The notes under the pieces were generated by a model. That model saw nothing but the letters and a program-made list of their open reading frames with translations. It was not told the DNA's origin and searched no databases. Position numbers and translations under genes: made by a program. A stretch of 64,000 nt of DNA, taken from positions 343,046,001 through 343,110,000 of the forward strand of contig OZ024741.1 of assembly GCA_964016885.1 (NCBI GenBank). Reading direction: 5' to 3'. This document shows, piece by piece, positions 43,446 to 58,714 of this stretch (positions within the stretch are counted from its first letter, which is position 1; the number at the start of each line of letters is the position of its first letter). The stretch is from Eledone cirrhosa (lineage: Eukaryota).

Positions 43446-46400
43446 TGCCACCGCTGCCGCCGCCGCCGTCACCACCGTCGCCGCCACCACCACCACTACC
43501 ATTACTACCAACACACCAACCATTACCGCCACCATCACCACCGCCACCACAACCACCACCATCACCACCACCATCAACAACACCAGCACCACCATTACTA
43601 TCAACACATCAATCATTACCACCACCATTACCAGCACCAGCACCATCGCCGCCACCGCCACCACCACCACCACCACCACCACCACCACCACCACCACCAC
43701 TACATTACCACCACCAATCCCACCACCACCACCACCACCATCACCACCACCACCACCACCACCACCACCGCCACCGCCACCACCACCACCACCACCACCA
43801 CCACCACCACCACCACCATCACCACCACCACCACCACCATCACCACCACCACCACCATCACCACCACCACCACCACCACCACTACCACCACCACCACCAC
43901 CACCACCACCACCACCACTACCACCACCACCACCACCACCGCCACCGCCACCACCACCACCACCACCACCACCATCACCACCACCACCACCACCATCACC
44001 ACCACCACCACCATCACCACCACCGCCACCACCACCACTACCACCACCACCACCACCACCACCACCACCACCACCACCACCATCACCACCACCACCACCA
44101 CCATCACCACCACCACCACCGCCACCGCCACCACCACCACCACCACCACCACCATCACCACCACCACCACCACCATCACCACCACCACCACCATCACCAC
44201 CACCACCACCACCACCACTACCACCACCACCACCACCATCACCACCACCATCACCACCACCACCACCACCACCACAACCATCACCACCACCACCACCACC
44301 ACCACTACCACCACCACCACCACCACCACCACCACCACCACCACCACCACTACCACCACCACCACCACCGCCACCACCACCACCACCACCACCACCGCCA
44401 CCGCCACCACCACCACCACCACCACCACCACCACCACCACCATCACCACCACCACCACCACCATCACCACCACCACCACCACCATCACCACCACCACCAC
44501 CACCACCACCACCATCACCACCACCACCACCACCACCACCACCACCACCACTACCACCACCACCACCACCACCACCACCACCACCACCACCACCACTACC
44601 ACCACCAGCACCACCTCCACCACCACCACCAACACCACCGCCACCACCACCACCACCACCACCACCACCACCACCACCACCACCACCACCACCACCACCA
44701 CTATCACCACTACCACCACCAGCACCACCAGCACCACCACCAGCACCACCACTATAACCAGAACCACCATTACCAGCACCAACACCACCAACCACCGCCA
44801 CCATTACCACCACCATTACCAGCACCACCACCATCAGTACTCCCCCTCCCCCACCACCACCATTACCACCACCATTAGCAGCACCACCACTACCAGTACC
44901 ACCACCGGCACCAGCACCACCACCACCGCCACCATTACCACCACCATTACCAGCACCACCACCACCGCCACCATTACCTCCACCATTACCAGCACCACCA
45001 CCATCCGTACCACCACCACCACCAGCATTACCAGCACCACCACCACCAGTACCACCACCCGCACCACCACCACCACCACCACCACCACCACCAGTACCAC
45101 CACCCGCACCACCACCACCACCACAAACACCACCACCAGTACCACCACCAGCACCACCACCACCGCCACCATTACCTCCACCATTACCAGCACCACCACC
45201 ATCCGTACCACCACCACCACCAGCATTACCAGCACCACCACCACCAGTACCACCACCCGCACCACCACCACCACCACCAGTACCACCACCCGCACCACCA
45301 CCACCACCACAACCACCACCACCAGTACCACCACCATTACCAGCACCACCACCACCGCCACCATTACCTCCACCATTACCAGCACCACCACCATCCGTAC
45401 CACCACCACCACCAGCATTACCAGCACCACCACCACCAGTACCACCACCCGCACCACCACCACCACCACCACCACCACCACCAGTACCACCACCCGCACC
45501 ACCACCACCACCACAAACACCACCACCAGTACCACCACCGGCACCAGCACCACCACCACCGCCACCATTACCTCCACCATTACCAGCACCACCACCATCC
45601 GTACCACCACCACCACCAGCATTACCAGCACCACCACCACCAGTACCACCACCCGCACCACCACCACCACCACCAGTACCACCACCCGCACCACCACCAC
45701 CACCACAACCACCACCACCAGTACCACCACCATTACCAGCACCACCACCACCGCCACCATTACCTCCACCATTACCAGCACCACCACCATCCGTACCACC
45801 ACCACCACCAGCATTACCAGCACCACCACCACCAGTACCACCACCCGCACCACCACCACCACCACCACCACCACCACCAGTACCACCACCCGCACCACCA
45901 CCACCACCACAACCACCACCACCAGTACCACCACCGGCACCAGCACCACCACCACCGCCACTATTACCACCAGCATTACCAGCACCACCACCACCACCAT
46001 CACCACCATTACCACCATACCACCACCATTAGCAGCACCACCACCACCAGTACCACCACCACCACCACCACCATACCACCACCATCACCACTACCACCAC
46101 CAGCACCACCAGAACCACCACCACTACCACCACCACCATTACCAGCACCACAACAACCACCACCACCACCACTATAACCAGCACCACCTCCACCAGCACC
46201 ACCACCATTACCAGCACCAACACCACCAGTACCACGACGAGCACCACCACCACCGCCACCGGCACTATTACCACCAGCATTACCACCAGTACCACCAGCA
46301 CCACCACCAGCACCCCCCCCCCCCCACCATCACCACCACCATCACCACCAGCACCACCAGTACCCCACCCCTCCCACCAATACCACCACCACCACCACCA

Positions 46401-46450
46401 CCAGTACCCCACCCCATCCCACCAGTACCACCACCACCACCACCACCACC
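43446..46450. repeat. 3-kb (CCA)n tract with higher-order repeats
   Basis: Nearly pure CCA 43650-44700; about 390-bp period in 44900-45960. Confidence 0.95.
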
Positions 46451-47639
46451 ATAGTGGTCCAGTTGCAGTCAAATCAGCTTTTCAACTGCAAATGTTTTCA
46501 AAACGGATTTCTGCAATATATCTTTTCCTTTCTTCTTAAATGATTTGAGGGAATTTGGCTACTATTGTTAGAGGCTCCTTAGTAGGCGCACTTTACAGTT
46601 TCGTTTATTTTGTTACTCCTATCGTCATTTTCTTGTTCGTCTTCTAAGAACCGCCCCCAAATTAATTACTGATATCAATATATCTTCTATTATGGTATTT
46701 TAAGCAGTTTTATCTTGATCGTCTCACCTCTTTACCTAGTTATCTATCTCTGAACGTACTTACTGTAAAAGTATTCGAAGCGGATTATTAAATTTCAAGT
46801 GTCCACAATATCTGCTTATAACTGTTCTTCGTCTGATGAATTTAACATTAAATGATTTCTCCGTATAATTGTTTGAAGATTGCTTTCATCTATACATTTT
46901 TTTATGGTGACATGTTCATATAAGATATTTTCCTTAATTGGTTTCTTACAGGGAACGCCAAAACTCCATAGAAAATCACTTCCATGGAACGAGAAAAATG
47001 TCAATTGTAGCATTGACATGAAACTGCTATAATCTGATTGGTTAATTTATAATTTGTTTTAAACTTTCAGAATATGCAAGGGATGTTCATTTAGTAGTAT
47101 GAATCTTTTTATTTTCTATTTTTTTCTTATTAATGCGGTGCACTATTAGAGTATTTATGAATGAATGATAGGCTGAGCGAATGTCTTGAGTTGTCAGTAA
47201 TAAAGAGCGTTGCAGATAGGTGACTTTGATATGACGACAGCCTTTTCCAATATGTCTGTCACCTAGTCTGTCACCTAAATAAACAGTGGTTCATGATGTA
47301 GACAGTTTTCTAAGTACACAGCTTATAAGAAGGCCGGATTTTTGCATTTTTTAAGGCAGAGTGAGTTTTCTCTTGAAGCTACACAATATATACAGTGTGC
47401 TCACTTTTTACGCGAAGATGCGTTCGTGAACGAGATTTAGATAACTCCGCAAAAAATATCAAATGTGAGTCAAATATCCAGAGTTACTTCTGTATGATTG
47501 ATGATAAATCATTAATAGTAATCATAAAATTATTTAGAGATTGAACATACGAAGCGCTGAGGAGTTATGAAGTTCATAGAAAATGTAAAATGTAAACCCC
47601 AGATGCAAAACTAACTGTATCCAATAGGTCGCTATAAAT

Positions 47640-47928
47640 CAGTAATGGGTAACCTGCGGCCCGCGAAGCTTTCTGAATGGCTCGCCTAAATCACCTAAGT
47701 GAAATCTCTCTGACGTTTTGACGACAACTTTTCAGTCGTAATTTATCTTTCTATCATTTTTACGATCGAGGAAAACAACATGTACGAATTCTGAAGAAAC
47801 AAATCAAAACAACCTGAGTTACCGCCCTTTTTTAATGTGGGCACGAATGTAAATTAGCGCTTGTGGTCCGCCTGATGATGAGCCATATCTCATGCGCCCC
47901 ACTTCTCGAAAAAGGTTGCCCATGCCTG
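47640..47928. mobile_element. hAT (Charlie-like) MITE
   Basis: cagtaatgggtaacctgcggcccgcg / aggttgcccatgcctg; TSD ctataaat / ctataact. Confidence 0.8.
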
Positions 47929-48354
47929 CTATAACTAATAGCTTAGAAAATCAAGAACGGAAAAAGGCGATCAGCAGCCGCTACGAATAATCGAATTTCG
48001 TATCTTTCAGATACCGATTGACTGCTCTAACTATTGAGCTAAACGACACAATTATTTCCTCCTTAATTATACCACTCAGGTCGACCTTATCTTTCAGGAA
48101 TCTGGATTCGATGAAATTAGTACCAGTCAAATACTAGATTCAATATAATCGACTATGTATGTATGGACTCGTAACTCACAATTGAATCGTAGGGGCGTCT
48201 TTGGGATCAACAAGCGTGTCGCTGGGATTTTAAAACTGGAGCCCATTCCCTCTCCAGGTCTGAACACAGTGGATTTCTTCCAGAGAAGGAAAGCGTGTGT
48301 GGGTATGTTAGTGTGTGTGATAGAGAAGAGTTAATAAAGAGATATAGGAGAAGG

Positions 48355-48515
48355 TTCGACTCCAGTTCTGTACTGGTAGATATTTTTTATCGACCTCGAA
48401 AGGATGAAAGACAAAGTTGACATCAGCGGGTTTTGATCTTAGAGAGCAAAGGTCTTGAAGGAATACTGCAAGCGTTTTATCTGACGTTCTAACGACTATG
48501 TCAATTCACCACCTT
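48355..48515 (-). mobile_element. SINE family A-like, degenerate
   Basis: ttatcgacctcgaaaggatgaaagacaaagttgac core. Confidence 0.7.
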
Positions 48516-48899
48516 ATAATCGACTATACCCCTCCTTGCACGTATGTTAGAAATCAATACAAGCTTTTGTATTTGCACCGCATATTTGATCTTACTTTCA
48601 TTTTTATTTAAAATGTTGCAAGTATTAAACGTATTTTTCTGCCACTAACTTACTTTAGCATTGTGATTGTGGTGGTGATAGTAGTAGTGATGTATGTGTG
48701 ATAGTAATGGCAGTGGTCGTTGTAATAATATTAGTTGCTGTTATTATTGTGCTGACATTTGTAGTTGTGGTGCTGATAATCGTTAATAGGTGTTATATCC
48801 TAGCTATTTCACTAATAAGTTACAATTATAATATTCACAGTTGGAATCTAAGTGAATTAACACGACAAGATAAGGAAAATATTGACAGCATTTAGGCTA

Positions 48900-50400
48900 T
48901 ACTTACACATATAAGTTGACACAGATAATATATTAACCAAGAATATAGGGACGTACAATACATGTATAATTAGAAAACTATTATAAAAGATCTATTGTAG
49001 AACTATAAACGATATTTAGGTAGAAACATCAATAGATTCAGCAGTGCCTAACTCCATCAGGCGTTGCAGACTACTACCAACAAGTAGAGAGGAGCAGTAG
49101 ATGTTACAATCCAACCGTGTCCAAATCACCCGCCTCAGCTGTAGCCACCACCAGAAGGAGGGTCTACATGAATAGACTACACAAAGGATAGGGCCAAACA
49201 TATCAAAACAGCCAAATTGCACTTCATACCATACAGCGCCGAATGTCGCAGTCTCAATATATTTAGTTCTCAGCCAGACAGAAACGAGCAGAGGGAGTTA
49301 TGGAACCGGTTTCAACGTGCTAAATAGTTAAATTCAAAACCATTAAGGAGAATGATATGAAGGGGATTTTCGCATTATACAGGAGAAAATCATGGAATAG
49401 AATAGAGAGGACTAAGAAAAAGATAGGGAAGGTCAACTCGCGGTTTGACAGCCCAAAATACCAGTCATATTCGTCGATGCTACACCTAGAGGCGAACTAA
49501 CGTATCGTTTTAGAAGAGATTTATAGAAACGGAATCTTAGGGTTTTAAAGTAGTAGAAAAACCGGGAGCTACCATAAAATCTCGGATCAGTAGGACATAT
49601 CCCTTTAGGAAACCCTCCTGTACTGATAGAAACTGTATAGTCTGTAAGATAAGCCCACAGATAAACTGTAAAACTAGAAATGTAGTTTATAGGATAAGAT
49701 GTACAAAAGGATGATTCAGAAACAAGACGATGACACACATAGGAGAGACAGCCCGTATTGTAGGAGAGAGATAAAAGAAAACTGGAGAGAACTTAAGGAG
49801 GAGAAAAGCTCATCAGTGCTATACCAACATGCCAAACTAGAACAGGAAGGCTCAATAGATAACATAGAAATAAAGATCCTATCCACTCATAGAACTGATG
49901 CAACACTCAGACAAAGTCTAGAGGCCACACACATAATAGAAGATAGTCCTAGGCTAAATAGAAAAGACGAGTGGAATATTAACAGCCCGCAACCTAATGA
50001 CTGAAAACATCAGAGGAAAGAAAGTGACACAGACAGCAAAACAACAGCAAACAATACAACCCCCATACACATAAAACACACGTAAACACGATAAACACAA
50101 AAACACATAAACACATACACAGAGAGGCGCAGGCGCAAACGTTTGCGAAGACACTGTACGCAAAAAACGCACCACAAAAAAACCCAACTAAATACAAATA
50201 TAAGATGGAATAGAAGTTTAAGACCAGGAAAAAGAGGAGGCACAAAAACAGATAACATTGAGGCGGCCACAGAATATGTGACGAAAGAACTTTGACAAAC
50301 AGATAAATAACAAACAATAAAGATAAAGTGAAAATGATATGGTGCGTGTTTCTTTCTATTGGAAATATGGGCAACATGATCTTCCCCAAATATAACTCTC
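48900..50400 (+). mobile_element. Decayed Penelope-like retroelement (linker plus GIY-YIG endonuclease)
   Basis: VIFVDATPRGEL; PFRKPSCTDRNCIVC; CKTRNVVYRIRC...HIGETAR; SVLYQHAK...RQSLEA...LNRKDEW; ends at (TA)/(CA)n; boundaries approximate. Confidence 0.8.
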
Positions 50401-50427
50401 TCTATATATATACATACACGCAGCACG

Positions 50428-50565
<138 letters not shown>

Positions 50566-50648
50566 AGGAAACACTCAAACAAACATACAGTCATGATACT
50601 ACTTTAGTACCGTTTCGAAAGTATTCATGACCACGCATGCAGAGGCTC

Positions 50649-50687
<39 letters not shown>

Positions 50688-50861
50688 TGCACATATGCCT
50701 ATCTGTTTATGCGTGCTTATGCGTGTGTGTATATAAACCGATGGAGAATAAGATGTGGTCTGAATTTCCAGTGAAACTTCGTGTCTTGCATAAAAATGAC
50801 ATTTTCCCTCTCTTCAGACGTGATGTATATGTTCCATACATACATACATACATACATACAT

Positions 50862-50994
<133 letters not shown>

Positions 50995-51584
50995 CGCACA
51001 CACACACACACACACACATATATATGTAGATAAATATATGTATACACATAGCTACATACAAATATATATATATATACACGTATACATATGGCCACACACA
51101 CATATACACACACACACATATATATATATACACATACACAGACAGACGCATAAACACCAGTTTTTGGCTTAATGTTATGTTTTTTTTTGTCGGTATATAT
51201 GTTTATTGTAGCACTTTAGTGTTACTGTACGTATTAGGAGACTCAGACTTGGTGTTAGAAGGAAATCATGACTTCACTGGTAGAACGAAGTGTAGTGCCG
51301 GGGGGATGTAGGTGGTTTTGACGGGGGGGGGGTAATGGTGTGTGTGTGTGTGTGTGTGATGAGTGGGGGGGGGCGAGGATGGGAGTGATGGAGATGGAAG
51401 TGGGTATGATGAGGAGTGGCGGTGGCAATGTTAGGGGTGATGGGTCTGATGGGGTGGGTATCGTTGTGATGTTGGTTGAAGTGTGATAGGGCGGGGGTTA
51501 TGGGAGTGGGAATTATTGGGCTAGGATTGGCGGTGATGGCGATAATGAGGGTGACGACAAAAACGCTATTGATGATATAGTAAT

Positions 51585-51800
51585 ATGTTTCTGATTTAGG
51601 CTCAAGACCAACAATTGTGGGGGAGAAGAAAGTCGATTTAATCGACACCAGTGCATTACTGGTACTTTATTTTATCGAACCCGTAAGGATGAATGCCAAA
51701 GCTAACCTCGGCGGGATTTGGACTCGGTATGTAATGAGCTCTTACTCTATACCGCTAAGCATGGTGTCCGACGCTCTACCGATACTGCCAATCCACTGTC
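51585..51800 (-). mobile_element. SINE family A
   Basis: Full head and tail; imperfect TSD tgatgatatagtaat / tgatgatacaataat. Confidence 0.88.
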
Positions 51801-51989
51801 CTCAGTGATGATACAATAATGATGATGATAAGAAGGATGAGGATGTCCTCTTTCATCTTTTCCGTATTATGGGTTCTTGAGCAATTAATGCAGAATCCAG
51901 AGGGGTATATAGTAGGAACTAGAATCTAGGATCAATTATTATTATCACGCAGCCTAGGTGATTAATGCAGCGGAGTATTTAGTTATATC

Positions 51990-52730
51990 TCAAGTCACAA
52001 CAAGAACTTCAGACAGATAATATTATCCTTAAAATGTGTGCAGTACAGAGCAAGGCTGATTTTTTGAATAACACCAATATTTCATGGTATTCCCAACCGC
52101 TTTAATACGTCTTGAAGTTTCAATGACCCTAATGACCCGATCACAACTGGTATCACTTTCACATTACCTCTTGCATTCCAAACAGTCTTGCCATCTCCAC
52201 ATTCAATTCTAAATGCTTGGTCATTTTTTTCCCACCTCTTTACTCGCAATATTCATGTCATTTTGTAAGTATACGTCTATGATCTGACATTATTTGTCTT
52301 TCTTGTTCAATACAACAATGTCCAATCGGCGATGCTAAATTACTCTATCAGTTTGAAAATCATAATCCCAGAATACCGTTGCTTTCTCATCCCCCAGCAT
52401 TACTTTACAAGGCACAAGCTCATACCAATTCTATATTACTTCGTATTGGTAATAACGACATAATGAAGGTACAAACACACTTTATCATAACGGAGCTTAT
52501 TTTTTTTTTGTGCAAGGCTCTCACACCCACTTAGTAAGTGGGTTATATTTTCTACATTTTTAAGAGAGTCTGAATTTCTAGGTGTTAGAAGGTTTGTAGA
52601 TGTTATATTTCAACGACATGGCAGCAAGAGCTTGGTCTTGTGCTGCAATTATTTGGTCTTCAAGTATGAAATTTAAAAGAATCCAAATTCATGAGACCTC
52701 TAATACCATTCTTTCTGCCTTTGTATAATC
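51990..52730 (-). mobile_element. Decayed R4/Dong-clade LINE 3' part (RLE endonuclease)
   Basis: Minus-strand IIAAQDQAL; HRRLDIVVLNK..CQIIDV; VIPVVIGSLG; KSALLCTAHILR. Confidence 0.75.
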
Positions 52731-52751
52731 TATGTATATTATTATCATTAT

Positions 52752-53020
52752 TGATTTGGCAGAATCGGTAGAGCGTCGGACAACATGCTTAGTGACATAG
52801 AGTTATGGCCCTTTACGTTCTGAGTTGAAATACCGCCGAGGTTAGCTTTGCCTTTCATCTTTACGGAGTCGATAAAATAAAATACCAGTAATGTACTGGG
52901 CAATTGCTGGCCTTGTGCCAAAAGTAGAAACAATTATTATTATTATTATAATTATGAGGTCGATATAAACAACTTTCCTCTTTGCCCCAAATTGCTGGCC
53001 TTGTTCCAATGCTAGAAAGA
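52752..53020 (+). mobile_element. SINE family A plus a second tail fragment
   Basis: Family consensus; (att)n tail. Confidence 0.85.
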
Positions 53021-53817
53021 ATGATTATATTCATGTTTTGAGTAGAGTACACACGTTCGCTTCGTTCTCACCGTGGTTTTGTATTTATCACGTTCATACT
53101 TAATGGGGAAATTTTGATTTGGAATATTTTACTGATAATATCTCTCTCGAATATTCAGTGTCTCGTCTTTTTTCCTGTGTAGACGTGCCAAAACCTCTTC
53201 CTAGATTTTCAAATATAACCGAAAGGAATAATTTTCATTCCAGATTATATTTTACGCACGGGCGTTTACTGAAATATTTCAGAGTCTGCACCATACGGAA
53301 GGTATTGAATTGTCAGAGTCATTTGAACGTCGGATACAATATTTTACTGTATTTGATTCGACTCTCTGCTCTCTGAGTTCAAATTCGCCGAGAACAACTT
53401 TTTGAAGCCGATAAATAAAGTACGAGCCCAGTATTGGGACCCGTCTGTCCACCCTCTCTCTCTTTGGAACAACTCCATCAGGAGTGATAAGGTTTCAAGA
53501 ATGAATCTCGTACCGAGCAATGGCGATTCCATTTTTCTAAAACGGTAAAGCTTTAAATCAAAAATAACTTCTAACTAGAACAAAATCACTACCCCTACAA
53601 CTACCAAAGACATTGCCACAACAAAACCCCTCGAGGTAAACCACCCCATCCTCATAATAATTATATGTTTACACTCTACTAATGTATTGAGTACCTTACT
53701 TACTATGGCTACCACGATTGAGCCCAGGATTCACACACGCGCACACACACAAATACACACACACACACACACGCACACGCACATACACACACACACAAAC
53801 AAACACACATATATACA

Positions 53818-54019
53818 CAGGCTGGACAAAAGACACAGGGGTTTAGTTTCTTTTAACGTCCTGAATTGTACAGATTGATGTATGAAATTTTGATAAAACT
53901 GACATAATGGAAATTATTTTGCACTCGTCAATTCTTGACACACCTCTACATTACTAAATTTTATAAAATAAACAAATTATAAACAGTTGCGACCCTTGTG
54001 TGACTTTTGGGCCACCCTG
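53818..54019. mobile_element. Tc1/mariner MITE
   Basis: caggctggacaaaagacac / gtgacttttgggccaccctg followed by TA. Confidence 0.6.
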
Positions 54020-54394
54020 TATAATTATAAGTGTGAAGAGCAAATAGACAAAAAGTATATCTAAGGAATGGGGACCAGGAAGTACACGAATCAGAGAAGT
54101 CTTCGATACATGCTAAGATACAGAGTGGGTATATTAGTGAAAGTAGAATAACGACCTTTAGATCGTCAGTTTCGGCTAGTTACCTCTTGCGAAGAGGCAT
54201 ATATATATGGTTCTTTGCCAGGTAACGTTTCCACGACCCAAAGTATCGTCTTCCTGTCTTCCTTCAGTTGCAACGTTTTTTGAAATATTTACTTCTGCGT
54301 TCACAGATTGACTTTTTTAGTTTCAGAAGATCCCGTTTAAGGATGAAAGCAGCGATTCTTTGCTTAAACTTTAATCTGTTATTTTAATAAATAA

Positions 54395-54457
<63 letters not shown>

Positions 54458-54506
54458 ATGGTTGCAATAAATGCGTCCGTATGCTCGATGCTCGAGCAGA
54501 GTATAT

Positions 54507-54672
54507 TATTATAGATAACGATGAATCAGTGATGTATCGCGATGTTACAGATCGAAGCTGAGTCAGGTTCGATCTGTAACAGATCCTGCCTTGAGCTGAT
54601 CGTCGGAGAAACATATGTAATATGTTAATAAGTTGTGTTTTGATGCACCACTGATTCCTCGTTATCTATAAT
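54507..54672 (+). mobile_element. Short fold-back element related to 3898-4205
   Basis: Shared ccttgagctgatc then GAAAC-ATAT-GTA; inverted ends attatagataacga / tcgttatctataat. Confidence 0.5.
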
Positions 54673-54686
54673 ATATATATATATAT

Positions 54687-55532
54687 GCAAAATACGTATA
54701 GTTAGCACCCCAAACGTATAATTGGGATTATACTAAGGTATATCCTAATGTTTGTTGAGTGAGACGGAAGCCGGTCGGAGTATTGCTTAAAGCTTTCTCT
54801 GTTAATGTATTAAATACTATACTCTTGATTTGGCCAGGGATGAATATTTCCAGATACTTTATAGGTATGACTTTCCGTATTTATTCTTTGTATGAAATAT
54901 TGATTGTTCTTCCGGTATCTTATCTCTGTTTTTAGCCTAAGAAAATACCTATATGCGTGTATAAATAATACATGCATATATATATTTTTTTATATCCAAT
55001 TGAGTTCTTCACACGCAAGGTTAAAATTATTGAAAGAATTAATTGACCCGCGTGCATATTATTTTATTCCCTTATGTTTTGCGATGACCTCCCCTTTCCG
55101 CTTGATGGCAGTGTGAAGTTTCTCATTGTGAGACTACTGGAATTTCAAATTTGGCGGTCATTCTGACACGGAGGGGTACCATCTCTGAACATTAATATCG
55201 GTAAGGGTTTTTTTTTATATCGATATTCGCGCATCCACTGATGATTTATAAGTGCCCACCTACATATATTCCTACGGACTATGTGTAGGCTTCTACATAA
55301 CCTGGACATTATTTTCCCAATTTGTAGAAAACTTATAATGAAACAATTGTTTGGAAAGAGAGATGTATTTTAATTATGTCTCATATAAAATAATACAACT
55401 GGCTATCCGCAAAATACGTATAGTTAGCACCCCAAACGTAAAATTGGGATTATACTAAGGTATATCCTAATGTTTGTTGAGTGAGACGGAAGCCGGTCGG
55501 AGTATTGCTTAAAGCTTTCTCTGTTAATGTAT

Positions 55533-55537
<5 letters not shown>
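54687..55537 (+). mobile_element. 722-bp-period element with about 128-bp terminal direct repeat and a hammerhead
   Basis: Direct repeat at 54687 and 55409; (TA)n on both sides; no recognisable coding. Confidence 0.75.
55234..55355 (+). ncRNA. Type I hammerhead with very long stem II insertion
   Basis: tcca-CTGATGA(55238-44)-tttataagt...acttataat-GAAA(55340-43)-c-aatt-g-TT-tgga. Confidence 0.7.
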
Positions 55538-55570
<33 letters not shown>

Positions 55571-55687
55571 AAAAATATATATATATATATAAATGTATAT
55601 ATAAATATATATATATATACATATATATATATTTATATATATATATATACACATACATACATATATATACATACATAATGCATACAT

Positions 55688-55758
<71 letters not shown>

Positions 55759-55965
55759 ATAATTTCAAAATTTACCATAGACAGCTCAATGAAGAGTTGC
55801 ACAAATCAACTAAATTCAAAACAGTATATATAAACAATTTAATAAACATATATTTTGAATTCAAAAAGAAGGGAGGCGTGAGGAAATAAGTTAAAAATAA
55901 ACAAATTTACACTCACACTAATTTCCCTTAGTGGAATTCAAAACATAAGTTTATTAAGTTATACG

Positions 55966-56071
<106 letters not shown>

Positions 56072-56185
56072 AACATACATACACACACAGACACACATAT
56101 ATACATATAAATATATATATGTATATATTTATATATGTATGTATATACATATATAAATATATATACATGTATAAATATAAATATA

Positions 56186-56237
<52 letters not shown>

Positions 56238-56409
56238 TATATACATATTTAAATATGAATATATGTGTATATATATATATATATGAATGTATAAATATGT
56301 ATGTATATATATATATATATAATCTATATATATTCATATATATATATATATGCATATATATGTATATATATATTTATATATCTATATATGTATATATATG
56401 TATGTATAT

Positions 56410-56440
<31 letters not shown>

Positions 56441-56477
56441 TATATAAACACACACACACACACGTACAAACACACAG

Positions 56478-56512
<35 letters not shown>

Positions 56513-56856
56513 ACTATATATAGGTATTTGTATGTATATATGTTCTGGTAGCGATGTCTGCAATGTACAGAGATGACATAGAAATAGTGTAGAAATCAGA
56601 TAACAACACACTGCCTCGTATTGGTGAGTGGTGGGTGATGGAGGGACTACAGCCTATCACTTTGAACATAGATATAGAAAGAAAATAGAAAACACCTACA
56701 TTTATACACACACGCACACACAAACATACACACACATATGTATGTATGTATGCATGTATTATGTATGAATGTACATATGTATGTATGTATGCATATATAT
56801 ATATATGTTGTATATACACATATACATATGTATGTATATGTATATGTGCATATACA

Positions 56857-57235
56857 TGGGTGCAGTGTATGGATATGCGCGGGGACATAGAAATAGTCGG
56901 GCTGGACACCCGATCGCGCGGTTAAACCACTGGAAGTGAAGGACCCCTAGCCCTTGTAAAGGCATTCTTCTAGGAGAAGGCAACTCAGGAAACTGGGATA
57001 ACTCCGATATAAAACGTGCGGCTCAGTAGTTACCGATGATGTTGATCTTTTCTTCTTTTCGGATTATAGCTACTGTCGCTCAGAGAGTGGGATTGGCTCA
57101 GTGCACAGTCTTTCCTCACTTTAAAAAATATCTTCACGCACAATCATTGCACGATAGAATTAACTAATAATTATTAATAATGGCATATCGTGCAATGGCC
57201 ATACTCGATAACGAGAGGGCAGCCATCATCATCAT
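56857..57235 (+). mobile_element. Short RTE-related non-autonomous retroelement
   Basis: tctaggagaaggcaactc head motif; 3' ctcg-ataa-cgag hairpin and (CAT)n tail. Confidence 0.6.
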
Positions 57236-57319
57236 ATATATATATATATCAATAAACATATATCTCTCTCTATATATATATGTATACATATACACGCGCG
57301 CATATATATGTGTATATAT

Positions 57320-57454
<135 letters not shown>

Positions 57455-57657
57455 TATATATATATAGAGAGAGAGAGAGATAGATAGATAGATAGATAAG
57501 TTTATCCCGGGTTCAATCGGGGGTAACCACAGTAAGTAGTTTACTCAATACATAGCAGAGTATAAATATTTAATATAGAAATGGCTTCTATAGGACTAGT
57601 ACTGTTTCATTTCTCCCGAATGAAACAACTGTAGTGCTGTAGAAGCCATTTGTATAT

Positions 57658-57696
<39 letters not shown>

Positions 57697-57740
57697 GCAC
57701 ACACACACACACATATATACATGCACACACACACACACAT

Positions 57741-57849
<109 letters not shown>

Positions 57850-58714
57850 GAAAAGTCGAAGCGAGAGAGAGAGAAAAGAAAAAGAAAGATGAAGAGAAAG
57901 AAATATATATATATATAAAATAAAGTATTGAAATGTCCAATATACAAATATCTGTCACTTGTTCTCAGAAATGCAATGAACTATTGATTATCTCCCCTTG
58001 CGCTTCGCCTGCAGATCCGTACGACTGATGAAGGTATTGTGCAACACATGCTTCCAAACGCACACAAATACCTTGTTAATACTCATTCACGCTCATATAC
58101 GTACATTTTACACATACACTTTCAGGCACGTGTAAGAAAACATACCTACTTCTATATACTGTATAGTAAATCTAAATAAAAAGAATATGTAGAGTATATA
58201 TTGTATAACGATGAACGTCATTGTGTAAATAGGAAAGCCAAGAAATCACAGGAGAGTGAACAGTTTCGATGAATTTGTCTTCATCAAATTGTGATTTGTC
58301 CGTAGGCGAATATACGCCTTCAGTAACGTGTAAATGTATCTTTGCTTGCTTGCTGACTGGTATTTAGGGAACAACGAATTACGTTACCTCTTGTATAGAA
58401 CGATTGTCTGGATGAAGTTTCAATGTTGTACTAAACATGACTATTATACTAGGAATATAATTTATTATATAACTTATTACATAGAGTGGAAGCAGATTTG
58501 ATTACCTTTATGTTAAAAAACCCTCAATTGTTTTCCTTTCATAAACTTGCTATTGTGCTGCACATATTCAATGTCAATTGCATTAATTCTCGTTTAACAA
58601 TAATACAATATAAGGAGCTACTCATTCGATATTTTTTATACAGCTTTTCTCACAAACTACGATTGCCAAGTTCAAAGATAATAAAATCCTTATTCTTTTT
58701 TGTCCACTTATTCC

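Noticed and set aside
43389-46018. Poly-Pro/Gly/His/Val ORFs of 360-480 aa
   Set aside because: Simple (CCA)n repeat, open in most frames.
47868-47900. ctgatga motif
   Set aside because: Inside a hAT MITE; no matching stems and cleavage site.
49995-50330. SECIS or hammerhead downstream of the Penelope relic
   Set aside because: No convincing AUGA/GA quartet stem or complete core found by eye.
58020-58295. Further hammerhead-like strings (ctgatga at 58025; ttgatga...gaaa on minus strand near 58290)
   Set aside because: Core or stems too degenerate to call, though they may be old family members.
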